Shown: positions 1-10,064 of the stretch, piece after piece | Numbering within the stretch: the first letter of the stretch is position 1 | How the letters are laid out: the number at the start of each line of letters is the position of its first letter | NCBI GenBank assembly: GCA_964484195.1 | Contig: CAZAER010000001.1 | Coordinates: 639,754 to 703,753, forward strand | From: an uncultured Bdellovibrionales bacterium | GTDB taxonomy: Bacteria; Myxococcota; XYA12-FULL-58-9; JALHOP01 | Direction: 5' to 3' | Length of the DNA stretch: 64,000 nt | The notes under the pieces: generated by a model | Told to the model about the DNA's origin: nothing | The model's database searches: none | What the model saw: the letters and a program-made list of their open reading frames with translations, nothing else | Translations under genes and position numbers: made by a program

Positions 1-957
1 ACTTCGACGGGCTGGACGTCGCTCACGCCGAGCGCCTTCTCGCGCGCGCTAGGCGTGACCGCCGGGCCCGCTGCGAACGCTTCGGAGTGGATATCTCGCG
101 CCGACACGCCGTGCTGCTGCAAGCCGGTGGTCAGCGACGACATCATGCCGGCCGGTCCGCACATGTAGAACTCGTAGCGCTGCTTCGGGAGAGTCTCCTT
201 GAGCAGGTCGAGAGAGATACGACCGTTGTGATCGATCGCGAAGCCCGAGGTGCGCCCGTCGGGGCGCGAGCACACGAGATGCACCTTGATGTTCGGGTGC
301 TCGGCGGCAATCGCGCGCAGCTCTTCCGGGCGTACGAAGTCGCCGGGGGCGTTCACACCGTAGTAGAGATGAATCTCGCGCTGCGAACCGGTGCGCGCGA
401 CTTCTTTCACCATCGCGAGCAGCGGCGTGATACCGACGCCACCGGCGAGAAGCACCGCGGGCGTGCGCTCATCGAGGTCGAAGACGAACTGGCCCTTGGG
501 CGCCGAGACGTCGAGCACGGCGCCGACCTCGAGGCTGTGAAAGTGGCCCGAGACGCTGTGACCCTCGGCGGTCTCGGCCGCGTCTTTGATGGTGACTTGA
601 TAACGGTCGGGGCGCTGAGCGTCCGAGAGGCTGTAGCAGCGCACCTGCTCCACGCCGTGCAGGTTCACGCGGAACATCAGGTACTGGCCGGGCTTGAACC
701 CGGCGATCTCTTTGCCGTCGACCGGCTCGAGGCTGAAGCTGCGCTGGCGGTTCGCCTCGTCGATGATCTCGACGACGCGGAACTGCCGATAGCCCTGCCA
801 CGGCTCACCCTTCGGCACCAAAGCTTCGAGCTCGGCGACGTGATGACGGGCGCGTGACAGCACCGGCGCCAACGTGTTCGGCACATCGACCTGTGCCGGC
901 GAGGACGAGCCCGAGGAGCGCGTGCCGATGACACGCGGCTGCTCACCGCTGATCATG
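1..957 (-). CDS. FAD/NAD(P)-binding oxidoreductase (ferredoxin-NADP reductase-like module). The 3' end runs off the window start, so the CDS is partial.
   Basis: Reverse-strand translation from ATG at 957 gives MISGEQPRVIG... It contains an RCYSLS FAD-binding motif and GGVGITPL NAD(P)-binding motif, and ends with ...HSEAF continuing past position 1. It is absent from the ORF track because no stop codon lies inside the window. Confidence 0.6.
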
Positions 958-1203
958 GCGTTGCTAAGGGCTTGGGCAACGAGTGGGAATTGCAAGGGGA
1001 TCCCCTAAGTCTTCCAAAGTGTCCATCCGCCTTATCGTCCTAATCTCGCCGAGGTTGCGCTTGCGGTAGCGGTGACACGTGACGACCCGTCATCGGAGCA
1101 ACACGAAACACTTTCGCCCCAGTCGGGACGCGGCCAGGGCGAAGATCGTGTGCGTTGGGGCGTCGCTAGAGCGCGGCCCGCTTTGGAGGGTCGCCGCTAA
1201 CGG

Positions 1204-1965
1204 TTAGCGGCGAACGCGCGAAGCCGGAGCACCACCCGACGGGGGCGGCGGAACCGGCTGATAGCCCGCGGGCACGGCGTTCGATTGCACCGGACGCGGT
1301 GCGGGCGATGCCGTGTTCGAAGCCTGAGCGGTGCCACGGTACTGCGTCTTGAGCTTGGTCCAGGCGTTGCCGGTCAGGGCGTCGAGCATGGCCTCGATTT
1401 CGCGGGTACGGACGATGAGCGCAGCGCGGGCGCGGGCATCCCCCGGAGGCGCCAGCGTGAAGGCCAACATGTTGTGCTGGCGCGTGTAGTAGAGGCGCGT
1501 GACCTCCTTGATGAGGTCTTCGTGGATACCGACGAGCGCGTACGTGTCGAGCTGCGACGAGTCGAAGATGAGACCCTGGAGACCCCAGCTCACGCCCGCG
1601 GTATAGGCGCGGCCGATGGTGTTGCCGTTCGTGGTGGTTTGCGGGTTCGAAGGGTCGTAGCCCACGCCGGTGGCGATGCGGTCGTTGCCGAGGGTCAGCG
1701 CCTCGTCGTTCTGATAGGTATAGCCACCGCTGATGGTCGGCAGGACGGCGCGCAAGCGCGAGACCAAACGGTAGTAGTTGAGGTCACTCTGGGCGACGCG
1801 GAAGTACTCGACCGCGGCCTTCTGAACCTCGGCGATTGGCGGATCTTGGGCCAGGACGCGCATGGCGCGGTCAACGTCCGCTTCGACGTCAGCTGGGGCG
1901 CTCGGCATTGGGGCGTCGGCCGCACCCTGCGCCAGGCTCATGTAAACGAAAAGGATGACCTTCAT
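1204..1965 (-). CDS. secreted hypothetical protein
   Basis: N-terminal signal peptide MKVILFVYMSLAQGAADA. Amino-acid composition looks like a real protein. Co-directional with the downstream secreted-protein genes. Confidence 0.55.
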   Translation of the reverse strand: MKVILFVYMSLAQGAADAPMPSAPADVEADVDRAMRVLAQDPPIAEVQKAAVEYFRVAQSDLNYYRLVSRLRAVLPTISGGYTYQNDEALTLGNDRIATGVGYDPSNPQTTTNGNTIGRAYTAGVSWGLQGLIFDSSQLDTYALVGIHEDLIKEVTRLYYTRQHNMLAFTLAPPGDARARAALIVRTREIEAMLDALTGNAWTKLKTQYRGTAQASNTASPAPRPVQSNAVPAGYQPVPPPPSGGAPASRVRR

Positions 1966-2005
1966 GACCAGCTCCTAGAAAGAACCTTATCGGTAGAGCA
2001 GCGCG

Positions 2006-3721
2006 TCAGAGCGCGGCTTTCCCGCCAAAAACGTCGAAATATCCGTCCGTCACATAGTTGAGGTAGGCGGCCACTTCGCGCTTCTGCACCTCGAGCTGGG
2101 TGCGTTGCTTGGCATCCAAGCCTTCGCGCTTCAGCTGCAAGGTGGTGTTCGCCCACTTCGTATACGCATCTTCGAAGCGATACGTCAGCCTCCGGCGGAG
2201 GCGCTCGACGTCGGCCCAGCTGCGGTCGGTCGAGCTGCGGGAGCGCAGGAGGTCAGCGAGGTCGAAGGCGATGACGACGCCCCAGTTGTGTCTCTCCGGG
2301 AAGCGCTCGGTGATGCGCATCTCGGTGTTCTGGAAGCCGGTGCGGACGATGTCGTTCAAGAACGTGAGGCCGTTGCCGTCGCGATACGAATACGAGGCCT
2401 TGATGACCGGCATGAGGCCTTGGAGCCGCGCGTCGTCACGTCGGGCGGCCACTTGGGCGGCATCGACCTGATAGTGCCGCAGTGCGATCTCGATGACTTC
2501 CCACATCGGAGCTTTGTTGAAGAGCTCCTGCACGTCGGTCGCGGTCTCGCTCACCCCGCGCGCCACGTCGACCCTCTTGAGCAAAACGTTGCCCATCCAG
2601 ATCATGGCGCCGTCGAAGGTCCGCAGGTCGTCGACGAGGACGAGGTCGATGCTGCGCTGAGTCGGGCGTGTGAAGATGAGGTCGAAGGTCTTGCCGCCGT
2701 CGTGCGAGAGATACACGTCGTCGACCGTGGCGACGAGCATGTGCTCGGCATGTGCGCCCTCGATCTGGAACCAAGCAATCGATTTGTGCGCGAAGCGTTC
2801 GTCGCGGATCCGCAGGAAGCGATTGTGATCGCAGACCGTCACACCGTCGCCGGTGATACCGAACGCCGGACCGTCGGTACGCCAGGTCCAGGCCGGCTCC
2901 GCGTCCTTGCTGTCGTACATGAAGACGCACTCTTCTTCGTAGGTGCGCCGGTCTTCGCTTTCGCGGAACAGGCGGCCACCGGCGAGGATACGCAGGCGCC
3001 CCTCGTAGAAGCCGGCAGTGTTGACTTTGTGGGAAAGCACGAACGGGTTCACGTACTGAAACCAGGAGTCGCCGTAGTCGTAGGTCTCGAGGATCTGCCC
3101 TGTGATCGTCTTGCCGATCATGTGGCCCGGACGCTTGCGGTTGCAGGAGAGCCAGGACACGCGGCCGAGGCCGAGATTGCGGCCGGTCTCGATGATCTCG
3201 AAGCGCAGCGGCTCACCAGGAGCGGCGCGAAAGATTCCGTTCGAAGCGTTGAGAAAGATGTAGTCGAAGCAGCGGTCGATCTGATTGATCTGTCCGGGAT
3301 CGCGGACTTCGTTGGCGACCAGCGAGCCCAAGACCTTCGCTGTCGGTAAGCGTTGGCGGCTGCGCAAGTTACCAGCGAGGTCGAGCGAGCGCTGCGCCGA
3401 TGATACGCGATCGCGGACAGGGATATTGCCGTTGAGCGAGCGCAAGAGATCGAGATTCAGCTGTGGCGTGCGCAGCTGGCGGGTCTTGAGATCGAGCAAG
3501 TTGTCGTACGAGACTGGCTGGAAGACGATCTCCCAGGTCGTACCATTGTCCAAGCTGCGGTAGACCTCGCCCAACACCGTGCCGATCCACAGCTCCTCGG
3601 TGCCCGGGAGCGTACCGACGTAGGTGATGTCGTCGGTGAACGGCTGCCCCATGGTGATCTCGACCCATTCTTGTTGGGCCTGGATCACCAAGGCGGTCAG
3701 TGCGATCGCGATAGCGGTCAC
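2006..3721 (-). CDS. secreted BNR/Asp-box repeat protein
   Basis: Signal peptide present. Several S-x-D-x-G-x-T-W/F Asp-box motifs (SLDNGTTW, SHDGGKTF, DYGDSWF). Confidence 0.65.
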   Translation of the reverse strand: MTAIAIALTALVIQAQQEWVEITMGQPFTDDITYVGTLPGTEELWIGTVLGEVYRSLDNGTTWEIVFQPVSYDNLLDLKTRQLRTPQLNLDLLRSLNGNIPVRDRVSSAQRSLDLAGNLRSRQRLPTAKVLGSLVANEVRDPGQINQIDRCFDYIFLNASNGIFRAAPGEPLRFEIIETGRNLGLGRVSWLSCNRKRPGHMIGKTITGQILETYDYGDSWFQYVNPFVLSHKVNTAGFYEGRLRILAGGRLFRESEDRRTYEEECVFMYDSKDAEPAWTWRTDGPAFGITGDGVTVCDHNRFLRIRDERFAHKSIAWFQIEGAHAEHMLVATVDDVYLSHDGGKTFDLIFTRPTQRSIDLVLVDDLRTFDGAMIWMGNVLLKRVDVARGVSETATDVQELFNKAPMWEVIEIALRHYQVDAAQVAARRDDARLQGLMPVIKASYSYRDGNGLTFLNDIVRTGFQNTEMRITERFPERHNWGVVIAFDLADLLRSRSSTDRSWADVERLRRRLTYRFEDAYTKWANTTLQLKREGLDAKQRTQLEVQKREVAAYLNYVTDGYFDVFGGKAAL

Positions 3722-3730
3722 GTGGCTAGC

Positions 3731-4672
3731 TCAGTCGCCGTTTTCGCACGTAGGTGGACCGATGTTCCCCGTACCGCCGCCGCCAGTGATGATCTCGGGG
3801 GCGAGCACGCGAATCGACGCGATGTTGACGCTCCAGTCCCACGAGTACCAAGACGTCGCGTTGCTGTTGACCGTGATACCGACCCAGCGGGCGCTGATCG
3901 GCGTGCCCACCTGGAACGTGTCTTCACCTCCGTCGCCGTTGACGACCGAGGCGACGACCGACCAACCCGTGGTCGAAGCATCCATGGGACGCGTCGGCGA
4001 GCTCTGCAAGCTCGTCATCACGTCGTATTCGTCGGCGTAGGTGCCGTCGGTGGTCGCGTTCGCCGCCCACACGATCTCGATCTCTTGGATGTTATAGGTC
4101 GTCCCGAGATCGATGTAGAGCGCTGGATACGCGGAGAAGTTGGCGTAGGTGCCGTCGTCTGCGTCGGTGATGTTGCTGATGCCCGAGCCGGCAACGCTCG
4201 CCCCGACCTGCTTGCGCACCGCGACGTCCCGCACCTGACCGGTCGGAGGCGGCGTCGGCTCTTCCGGCGTCTCCTCTTCTTCGTTGATGGACGGGTCGTA
4301 GGTGACGCGGTAGCTCACGACGTCGGAGCGCGAATCATTCAGGCGCTGCACGAAGATCTTGAGGTCGTTGCGACCTTCCTTGAGAGCCACGTCGACGCAG
4401 AAGTTACCGGTGCCCGAGACGTCGGCCGCGGTCGGCGCCGCCCCACCCTCGACAATGATGGTGGCCTCTTTCTCGGCGCTGCCACGAATCGGCAGCGTCG
4501 AAAAGCCCGACATCGTCGTGCGCGTCGTTATGGTCGCGGGCTCGGGCTTGAGCGACTGGGTCTGGCGCTGATCCGAGGGTGTCGACGTGTTGTTGACCGT
4601 CGGCTCGGGCAAATCACCGCAAGCAACCGCCAGAACGGACGAGGTCATCGCCGCAATGAGGAAGCGGGACAT
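3731..4672 (-). CDS. lipoprotein with a C-terminal discoidin (F5/8 type C)-like domain
   Basis: Start MSRFLIAAMTSSVLAVACG carries a lipobox. The C-terminal region (...WYSWDWSVNIASIRV...) resembles a carbohydrate-binding discoidin domain. Its start codon overlaps the stop codon of the upstream gene. Confidence 0.6.
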   Translation of the reverse strand: MSRFLIAAMTSSVLAVACGDLPEPTVNNTSTPSDQRQTQSLKPEPATITTRTTMSGFSTLPIRGSAEKEATIIVEGGAAPTAADVSGTGNFCVDVALKEGRNDLKIFVQRLNDSRSDVVSYRVTYDPSINEEEETPEEPTPPPTGQVRDVAVRKQVGASVAGSGISNITDADDGTYANFSAYPALYIDLGTTYNIQEIEIVWAANATTDGTYADEYDVMTSLQSSPTRPMDASTTGWSVVASVVNGDGGEDTFQVGTPISARWVGITVNSNATSWYSWDWSVNIASIRVLAPEIITGGGGTGNIGPPTCENGD

Positions 4673-6048
4673 CAATCCTCCACAGTGCCGGGCTCGGAGA
4701 ACAGCGGCTCCGGCAACGGCGGGCAAGGACCCTGCTTCTGGTTGAACCCGGGAGCCCAGGTCCAATCGGTGACGTAGGCTTCACCTACTTCGCGGCTGCC
4801 GCCGCATTCGTCATAGCGGATGATGGTGCCGGTGCGCAGGAGCTTCGAGGTCTGGCGGAAGAAGGCGCCGAACCAGTGCGGGAAGACGCTGCGGCTGATG
4901 CCCAAACCGGTGCCCGAGCCGCTCGAGACGCTGCTCGAAACACCGAAGCCGAAACCAACGTTCAAGATCCAGACACTGACGCCGAAGCTGCCGCTCAACG
5001 AGTAGCCACGGCTGCGACCTTCGTTGGTGCTCTCGCTGTAGTTGAAGCTGTTGCCGTTCATGCCACCGGGCAGGCAGCCCGTGACCGCTTGCGGAGCGTA
5101 CACCTCGGTCACCTCGACGTTGCCGTCGTAATAGACCTCGTAGGGCTGGTGCACGGTGAACACCACCATGCGGCGGATCTGATTGCCGGCGCCGTCGGTC
5201 GCGGTGATGCTGACGCCGACGTCACGGCTGGTGCGCACGTCGTTCAAGGTCTCGGGATCGTCGCCGGGCGAGAGCATGCCCGGATCGATGGTGAGGAGCG
5301 TGGAATTTCCGTCGCTAATGCTCGACTCCACGACACGCGGTTGGTCATCGACGGCGACGTAGGCCGCGGTGAGGCCGATCGGCGCATAACCCGACCCCGA
5401 GCCCATGCCGGTCACGGAGAGATCGATGTCAACGAGGTCGCCGTTCAGGACGCCGGGCGCACGCGACGTGTCGCAGGACCGCGAGTACGGCGAGACACGA
5501 TTGACGACGATGGATGGACCGACCTGCACCGTGGTCGTCACCGGCTCGGACTTGGCCTCTTCGTTGCGCTTGCTGACGTTCGTCGCGGTGACCTTGCCGG
5601 TGAACGAGCCAACCGAGAGACCAAAGCCTGCCGGGGTGTCATCGGCTTCGAAGACGAACTCGACGCGGTTCGAGGCGCGATAGACCGCTTTGACTTCCAT
5701 GTCGACGCTACCGCTGCCGCCGCCGTCGCTGCCGGAATAGCTACCGACGAAACGCACCATGACGGTGCCCTTGGATGGGCCAATGAAGTCGCCGCCCAGC
5801 ACCTTGACCGTCGTACCAGCGGACCAGACGGTCGGTGTCACCGCGATGACGTTCGGCGCGGCGAGTGGTTGCGAATCGCCGCCCGCAACGAAGGACGGAT
5901 CGTTCTCGAGGCTCGTTCCGCCGCACGCCGCCGTGATGGCGATCAAAAGGAACACGCCGCCCAGGAGAACCGTGCGCCCGAAGGCTTTACGCAATTGAGA
6001 CAAAGACATCGCGTCCCTCGCCGTGCGAGCGCTCATGCGTTGATTCAA
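4672..6048 (-). CDS. large lipoprotein, hypothetical, probably with Ig/IPT-like beta domains
   Basis: Lipobox LIAITAACGG. Gly/Ser/Thr-rich beta-type composition. First gene of a four-gene secreted-protein operon. Confidence 0.55.
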   Translation of the reverse strand: MNQRMSARTARDAMSLSQLRKAFGRTVLLGGVFLLIAITAACGGTSLENDPSFVAGGDSQPLAAPNVIAVTPTVWSAGTTVKVLGGDFIGPSKGTVMVRFVGSYSGSDGGGSGSVDMEVKAVYRASNRVEFVFEADDTPAGFGLSVGSFTGKVTATNVSKRNEEAKSEPVTTTVQVGPSIVVNRVSPYSRSCDTSRAPGVLNGDLVDIDLSVTGMGSGSGYAPIGLTAAYVAVDDQPRVVESSISDGNSTLLTIDPGMLSPGDDPETLNDVRTSRDVGVSITATDGAGNQIRRMVVFTVHQPYEVYYDGNVEVTEVYAPQAVTGCLPGGMNGNSFNYSESTNEGRSRGYSLSGSFGVSVWILNVGFGFGVSSSVSSGSGTGLGISRSVFPHWFGAFFRQTSKLLRTGTIIRYDECGGSREVGEAYVTDWTWAPGFNQKQGPCPPLPEPLFSEPGTVED

Positions 6049-6295
6049 CTTTTAGCTTGGGGGCCCGACCGTCCGAACGACGACCGGCTTTCATGAGGCT
6101 CGCTGGTTCAATATCGGCCGCGAGTCCTTGGGGTTGCGCGCCATCGTTGCGACATCTCGATCGTGGCTAGATGAGCCCGGAACGACACTGACACGCCGTA
6201 CTGCCATCACGGCGCAAATCAGCGTCACTGCAACGAAACCGTGACGGGCCGATGCCGATAATCGCGGGCCACACAACTTCGTCACGGAGCACCCA

Positions 6296-8128
6296 ATGGA
6301 AAGCATCAAAGGCAGCGGAGAGATCAAGAACACAGGCTCAGCCGCCGTCAGCTCCGGGGAAGCACCCGCCCAAGCAACAGAACTCAAGGTCGCGAAGCCT
6401 GCCAACCGCGATTCCGCCGTCCGCAGCAGCGGTCCGATCGCGTTCGCGCCCCGCACCGAGCGCTTCCAGAACCTTGGCGAGGCAGCCTTCTTCGGCCGTG
6501 CCCTCCGCGAGCTCGCCGCAGTCGACAATCCCCGCGCCGTGGCCGCCGACAGCGTCGTCGTTTGGCAACGTGAGAACAACCACACGAGCCAGGGCCAAAC
6601 CCGCATCGTGAAGCTCCCGGGCGTCACCTTGAGCCCAGCCGGCGTCCGCGCCCAGTGGGTGCACGTCACCGGTATGACCCAGCTCGAGACCATCGACAAC
6701 CAGCAGCCCTTCGAGAACGGCTCGAAGGTCACGCGTGACGCTTTCGATCAGGCGAATCTCGTCGCCGACGGCGTCTACACCAACTGGCTGCATTCGCAGG
6801 TCGGCATCGATAACAACAAGCTGTGGGCCGCGCCGCGCAACAACGGCTTCATCCGCAGCAAGGCGAACGCGAGCACCGATCTCAACGCTTGGTACAGCCC
6901 GACCGCGAACGACCAGAACTACGGCACCAACAATGGTCGCTGGCACCTGGCGTCGGACAATGACGTCACCCGCCACGAGACCGGTCACAACCGCGGCGAC
7001 AAGCAGAACCCGGACATGTTCTCGGGTGAAGGCGGCGCCATCCACGAAGGCTACTTCGGCGACTTCCCCGCGTCGCTCATGGCGCGCAACCCCTTCCTCT
7101 CGGAAGACTTCGGGAACGCGTTGGGGCAGCCGGGCCAGCCGCTACGTAACCTCGACAACGACAAGACGCTCCGCCAAGCGGGCAATGAAGTCCACGATCG
7201 CGGAGAGGCCTACGGAGGCTTCGGCTGGCGTGTCACCCAGCAGCTCGGCACCAAGCTCGGTGGCAACTTCGAGCGCGCTTGCGACGTCATGCTCCATGTC
7301 GCCTTGAAGACCGGCTTTTACTTCACGACCAAGTCGCCGTCGCCGAAGGACTTTCTCGACGCCGTCGCCAAGTGCATGCGTGATGCGCTGCCGGGTCTCG
7401 TGGATGCGGCCACAGTCGAGTTCATGATCCAGGCGATCAAGAACGAAGGCGTGAAGCGCGAGATGATCACGGCCGATTGGCAAGAGCCGCCACGCCAGGA
7501 CGCCGACGCCAAGTCGACGCAGCTCGCGCTGGGCCTCCAGGGCAACGCCGCCGTCTGCAGCTCCGACGAAGCCATCGCGGCCATCGGTAATATCTGGGGC
7601 AAGCGCAAGGATTGCGACATCACCGCGGTCGGCGAGCTCGGCTGGGTGAATCCCGAGACCGGTTTGAAGTCGCAAAAGCTCATCATGCAGCTGACCGCGG
7701 TGAGCCCGACGGACGGCAAGCGGTACAAGGTGCAGGATGGCTTCATGTCGATGGTCGCCACCGACAAGGACGTCAGCTCGTTCGATGGCAGCGGCCGCCG
7801 CATCTTCGAGAACGCCGGCTACACGTTCGACTTCACGCCGATTCCTGGTGACCGCGCCGAGCTCATCAAGAAGGCCCGCGAGGCCATCGACAAGTTCGTC
7901 AAGAGTCAGCTCGAGAGCAAGCAGCTCAAGGAGCACTTCGCGGCGAACAAGGTGCGCTTCTTCGACGAGGCGGAGATCGAGATCGAAGAAGTCATGTACA
8001 AGGGCAAGATCAACCTCATGCTGACCTCGCCTGCGGGCCAATTCATCTACGACCATCAGAGCGACAAGGTCGAGGCTCGACGCCTCATGTTCGTCGACTT
8101 CATCCCCGAGAAGAAGCAGAAGGCCTAA
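6296..8128 (+). CDS. thermolysin-like (M4 gluzincin) zinc metallopeptidase, paralog A, with no signal peptide
   Basis: HETGH (HEXXH) followed 25 residues later by GGAIHEGYFGDF, which matches the M4 third-ligand motif GxxNEAxSDxFG. A VHDRG..GG segment sits in the position of thermolysin's catalytic-His region. Roughly 30% identical to the downstream paralog. Confidence 0.7.
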   Translation: MESIKGSGEIKNTGSAAVSSGEAPAQATELKVAKPANRDSAVRSSGPIAFAPRTERFQNLGEAAFFGRALRELAAVDNPRAVAADSVVVWQRENNHTSQGQTRIVKLPGVTLSPAGVRAQWVHVTGMTQLETIDNQQPFENGSKVTRDAFDQANLVADGVYTNWLHSQVGIDNNKLWAAPRNNGFIRSKANASTDLNAWYSPTANDQNYGTNNGRWHLASDNDVTRHETGHNRGDKQNPDMFSGEGGAIHEGYFGDFPASLMARNPFLSEDFGNALGQPGQPLRNLDNDKTLRQAGNEVHDRGEAYGGFGWRVTQQLGTKLGGNFERACDVMLHVALKTGFYFTTKSPSPKDFLDAVAKCMRDALPGLVDAATVEFMIQAIKNEGVKREMITADWQEPPRQDADAKSTQLALGLQGNAAVCSSDEAIAAIGNIWGKRKDCDITAVGELGWVNPETGLKSQKLIMQLTAVSPTDGKRYKVQDGFMSMVATDKDVSSFDGSGRRIFENAGYTFDFTPIPGDRAELIKKAREAIDKFVKSQLESKQLKEHFAANKVRFFDEAEIEIEEVMYKGKINLMLTSPAGQFIYDHQSDKVEARRLMFVDFIPEKKQKA

Positions 8129-8179
8129 AGCAGCAGCGACCAGAGCGTTTCCTCCCTTGCAGTAGGAAGGCGAGTCCGC

Positions 8180-10027
8180 GTGGTAGTCGATACGCGTCTC
8201 TCGGAAACCCGGCACCGAATGGCTCCATCCGTCAAAGCGGATGGGGCCTGCCTGCCTCCGGAACATGCCCGTCCTCGCAGCAAGTCAGGCTTCGAGGACA
8301 TCTTCGTCCGGCTCGCCAACGAGCAGCGGACGGCATCGCCCGCGAGCGTCGCGGCCGTCGTCGACAAATCGACCACGACCGCGCTCGATCTGCGGCTCGC
8401 CGAGGCGCGTCGCGCGGCAGCGGAGAACCCCGGCGCCGAGACTCAGGAAGTGAACCCCGGGAATCTCTTGGTGTGGGCCAAGGAGAATCGGATCACCAGC
8501 CAGGGCAAGGTCACCGAGGTGTCGCTCGAGCGGACAGTGCGCCTCTCGGTCGATGGCTTGAAGATCGAGCTGGTGCACGTGAGCGGCTCGTCGGTCTTGA
8601 AGACCGTGAACGGGCAGCAACCGTTCGCGCCGGGCGAGACCAAAGTCACGCAAGACGGATTCGACCAGGTGCAAGCGCTGCACACCGCCGACACGTTCCT
8701 GCGCCGGCTCGCGGGCTACGGCATCGATCTGGCGTCGGTCTACAAGGACGGCACCAACAACAATGGGCTCGTGCGCATCATCGCCAATGCGATGAGCGAA
8801 GAGAACGCCGGCTACATTCCCGGGTCGAACGTTTACGTGTTCGGTACGGCGGAGGGTCGCTTTCACCTGGTCTCGTGCAAGGAGATCCTCGTCCACGAGC
8901 TGGCCCACGGCTATTTCGATCATGTCGCGCCCGGCGTAAACAGCGACACCGCGGGTGAAGGTAAGCCCTTCCACGAAGCCGTCGGCGACCTGTTCGCCGC
9001 GCTGCACTTCGAGAATCCCAACATCAGCGAAGACCTCGGCGCCTATCTCGCGGAGAAAGAGGGCAACGCCGGAGCACCTGGGCCGCTGCGGACGCTCGTC
9101 AACGACACAGCGCTCGAGCCCAGTCTCAGGCAGGAGCACAAGCGCAGCCTCGTCTACTCCGGCATGGTTTGGTCGGTCACGGAGCGCCTCGCCAAGTCGG
9201 TCGGCATGCGCAAAGCGTGCGACCTGATGCTGGGCGCCGTCGCCAAGGCGCCTTTCTTCGTGACCAACAAGTCGCCATCGCCCGAAGACTGCCTGCGCGC
9301 GATCCTCGAAGGCGTACGTTCGCACATCGGCAAGGTCGAGCCGAAGCTCGCCGACGGTATCCTTGCCGACGTCCAGCAGGAAGCGGTGCGGCGCAAGATC
9401 ACCACTCAGCCGCTCACGGTCGCTGGACCCAACGAGAGCGCCAAGCTCTTCGAAACCTCGTTGTCCGCTATCAAGGAGCAGAGCGCCACCGCCTTCGCTG
9501 GGCTCGCGCGGACCTTGCCCACCCTTGCGAACCGCAGTGAAATCGCTTTCCAGGTCTTGGGCGACCGCCGCTTCGGTGACGTTCGCCGTGTCACCCTGCG
9601 GGCGCTGGTTCAAGATCCGAACAGCCGCAAGCAGGTGCCGGTCGAAGACGGCAATCTCGAGGTCGTGGTCGACGGCGGTTGCGTGCGCTACCTCGAAGGG
9701 CTGGCGCTCCAACTCCCGGAGAAGTTCGACTTCACGGTCCGTGACGGCGGCGACCCACGCACGCACTTGGCACGCGCCAAGCGCTTGGTGGCGGACCACC
9801 TCACGCAGCTCGCCGAGCACGACCCGAGCGCCGCCACGGTGTGCCGCGGCCTCGACACGTTGTTCGACGACGCAAACCTCGTGGTGCGGCCCATCCTCGC
9901 GGACGGTTTGCTGCAGCTCGAGGTCATCACCCTCGCCGGTGAGTTCATCGTCGACGTCGAGCACAGCGTGGTGCGGACCCGCCGCCTCATGCACGTCTAC
10001 GACATCGAGGAGCATGCCCACGGCTGA
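8180..10027 (+). CDS. thermolysin-like (M4 gluzincin) zinc metallopeptidase, paralog B, with no signal peptide
   Basis: VHELAHGYFDH plus GKPFHEAVGDLFA, i.e. HEXXH followed by the NEAxSDxFG-like motif. Blocks shared with paralog A include NGQQPF, FDQ, NNG, PLRxL and KSPSP(K/E)D. The start could instead be at MAPSVK. Confidence 0.7.
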   Translation: MVVDTRLSETRHRMAPSVKADGACLPPEHARPRSKSGFEDIFVRLANEQRTASPASVAAVVDKSTTTALDLRLAEARRAAAENPGAETQEVNPGNLLVWAKENRITSQGKVTEVSLERTVRLSVDGLKIELVHVSGSSVLKTVNGQQPFAPGETKVTQDGFDQVQALHTADTFLRRLAGYGIDLASVYKDGTNNNGLVRIIANAMSEENAGYIPGSNVYVFGTAEGRFHLVSCKEILVHELAHGYFDHVAPGVNSDTAGEGKPFHEAVGDLFAALHFENPNISEDLGAYLAEKEGNAGAPGPLRTLVNDTALEPSLRQEHKRSLVYSGMVWSVTERLAKSVGMRKACDLMLGAVAKAPFFVTNKSPSPEDCLRAILEGVRSHIGKVEPKLADGILADVQQEAVRRKITTQPLTVAGPNESAKLFETSLSAIKEQSATAFAGLARTLPTLANRSEIAFQVLGDRRFGDVRRVTLRALVQDPNSRKQVPVEDGNLEVVVDGGCVRYLEGLALQLPEKFDFTVRDGGDPRTHLARAKRLVADHLTQLAEHDPSAATVCRGLDTLFDDANLVVRPILADGLLQLEVITLAGEFIVDVEHSVVRTRRLMHVYDIEEHAHG

Positions 10028-10064
10028 GCCACGCGCCCGCGTTTTCGCGTCGCGCTAAGTTCGC

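Noticed and set aside
87-857. 256-aa plus-strand ORF, and similar long ORFs at 1285-2061(+), 2105-3349(+), 3671-4777(+), 4876-6096(+), 8285-10021(-), 18786-21173(-), 53488-54600(-) and many shorter ones
   Set aside because: Their Arg/Ala/Gly/Val/Asp-rich, low-complexity composition is typical of antisense or off-frame translation in 70% GC DNA. Each lies opposite a gene with recognisable motifs and signal peptides.
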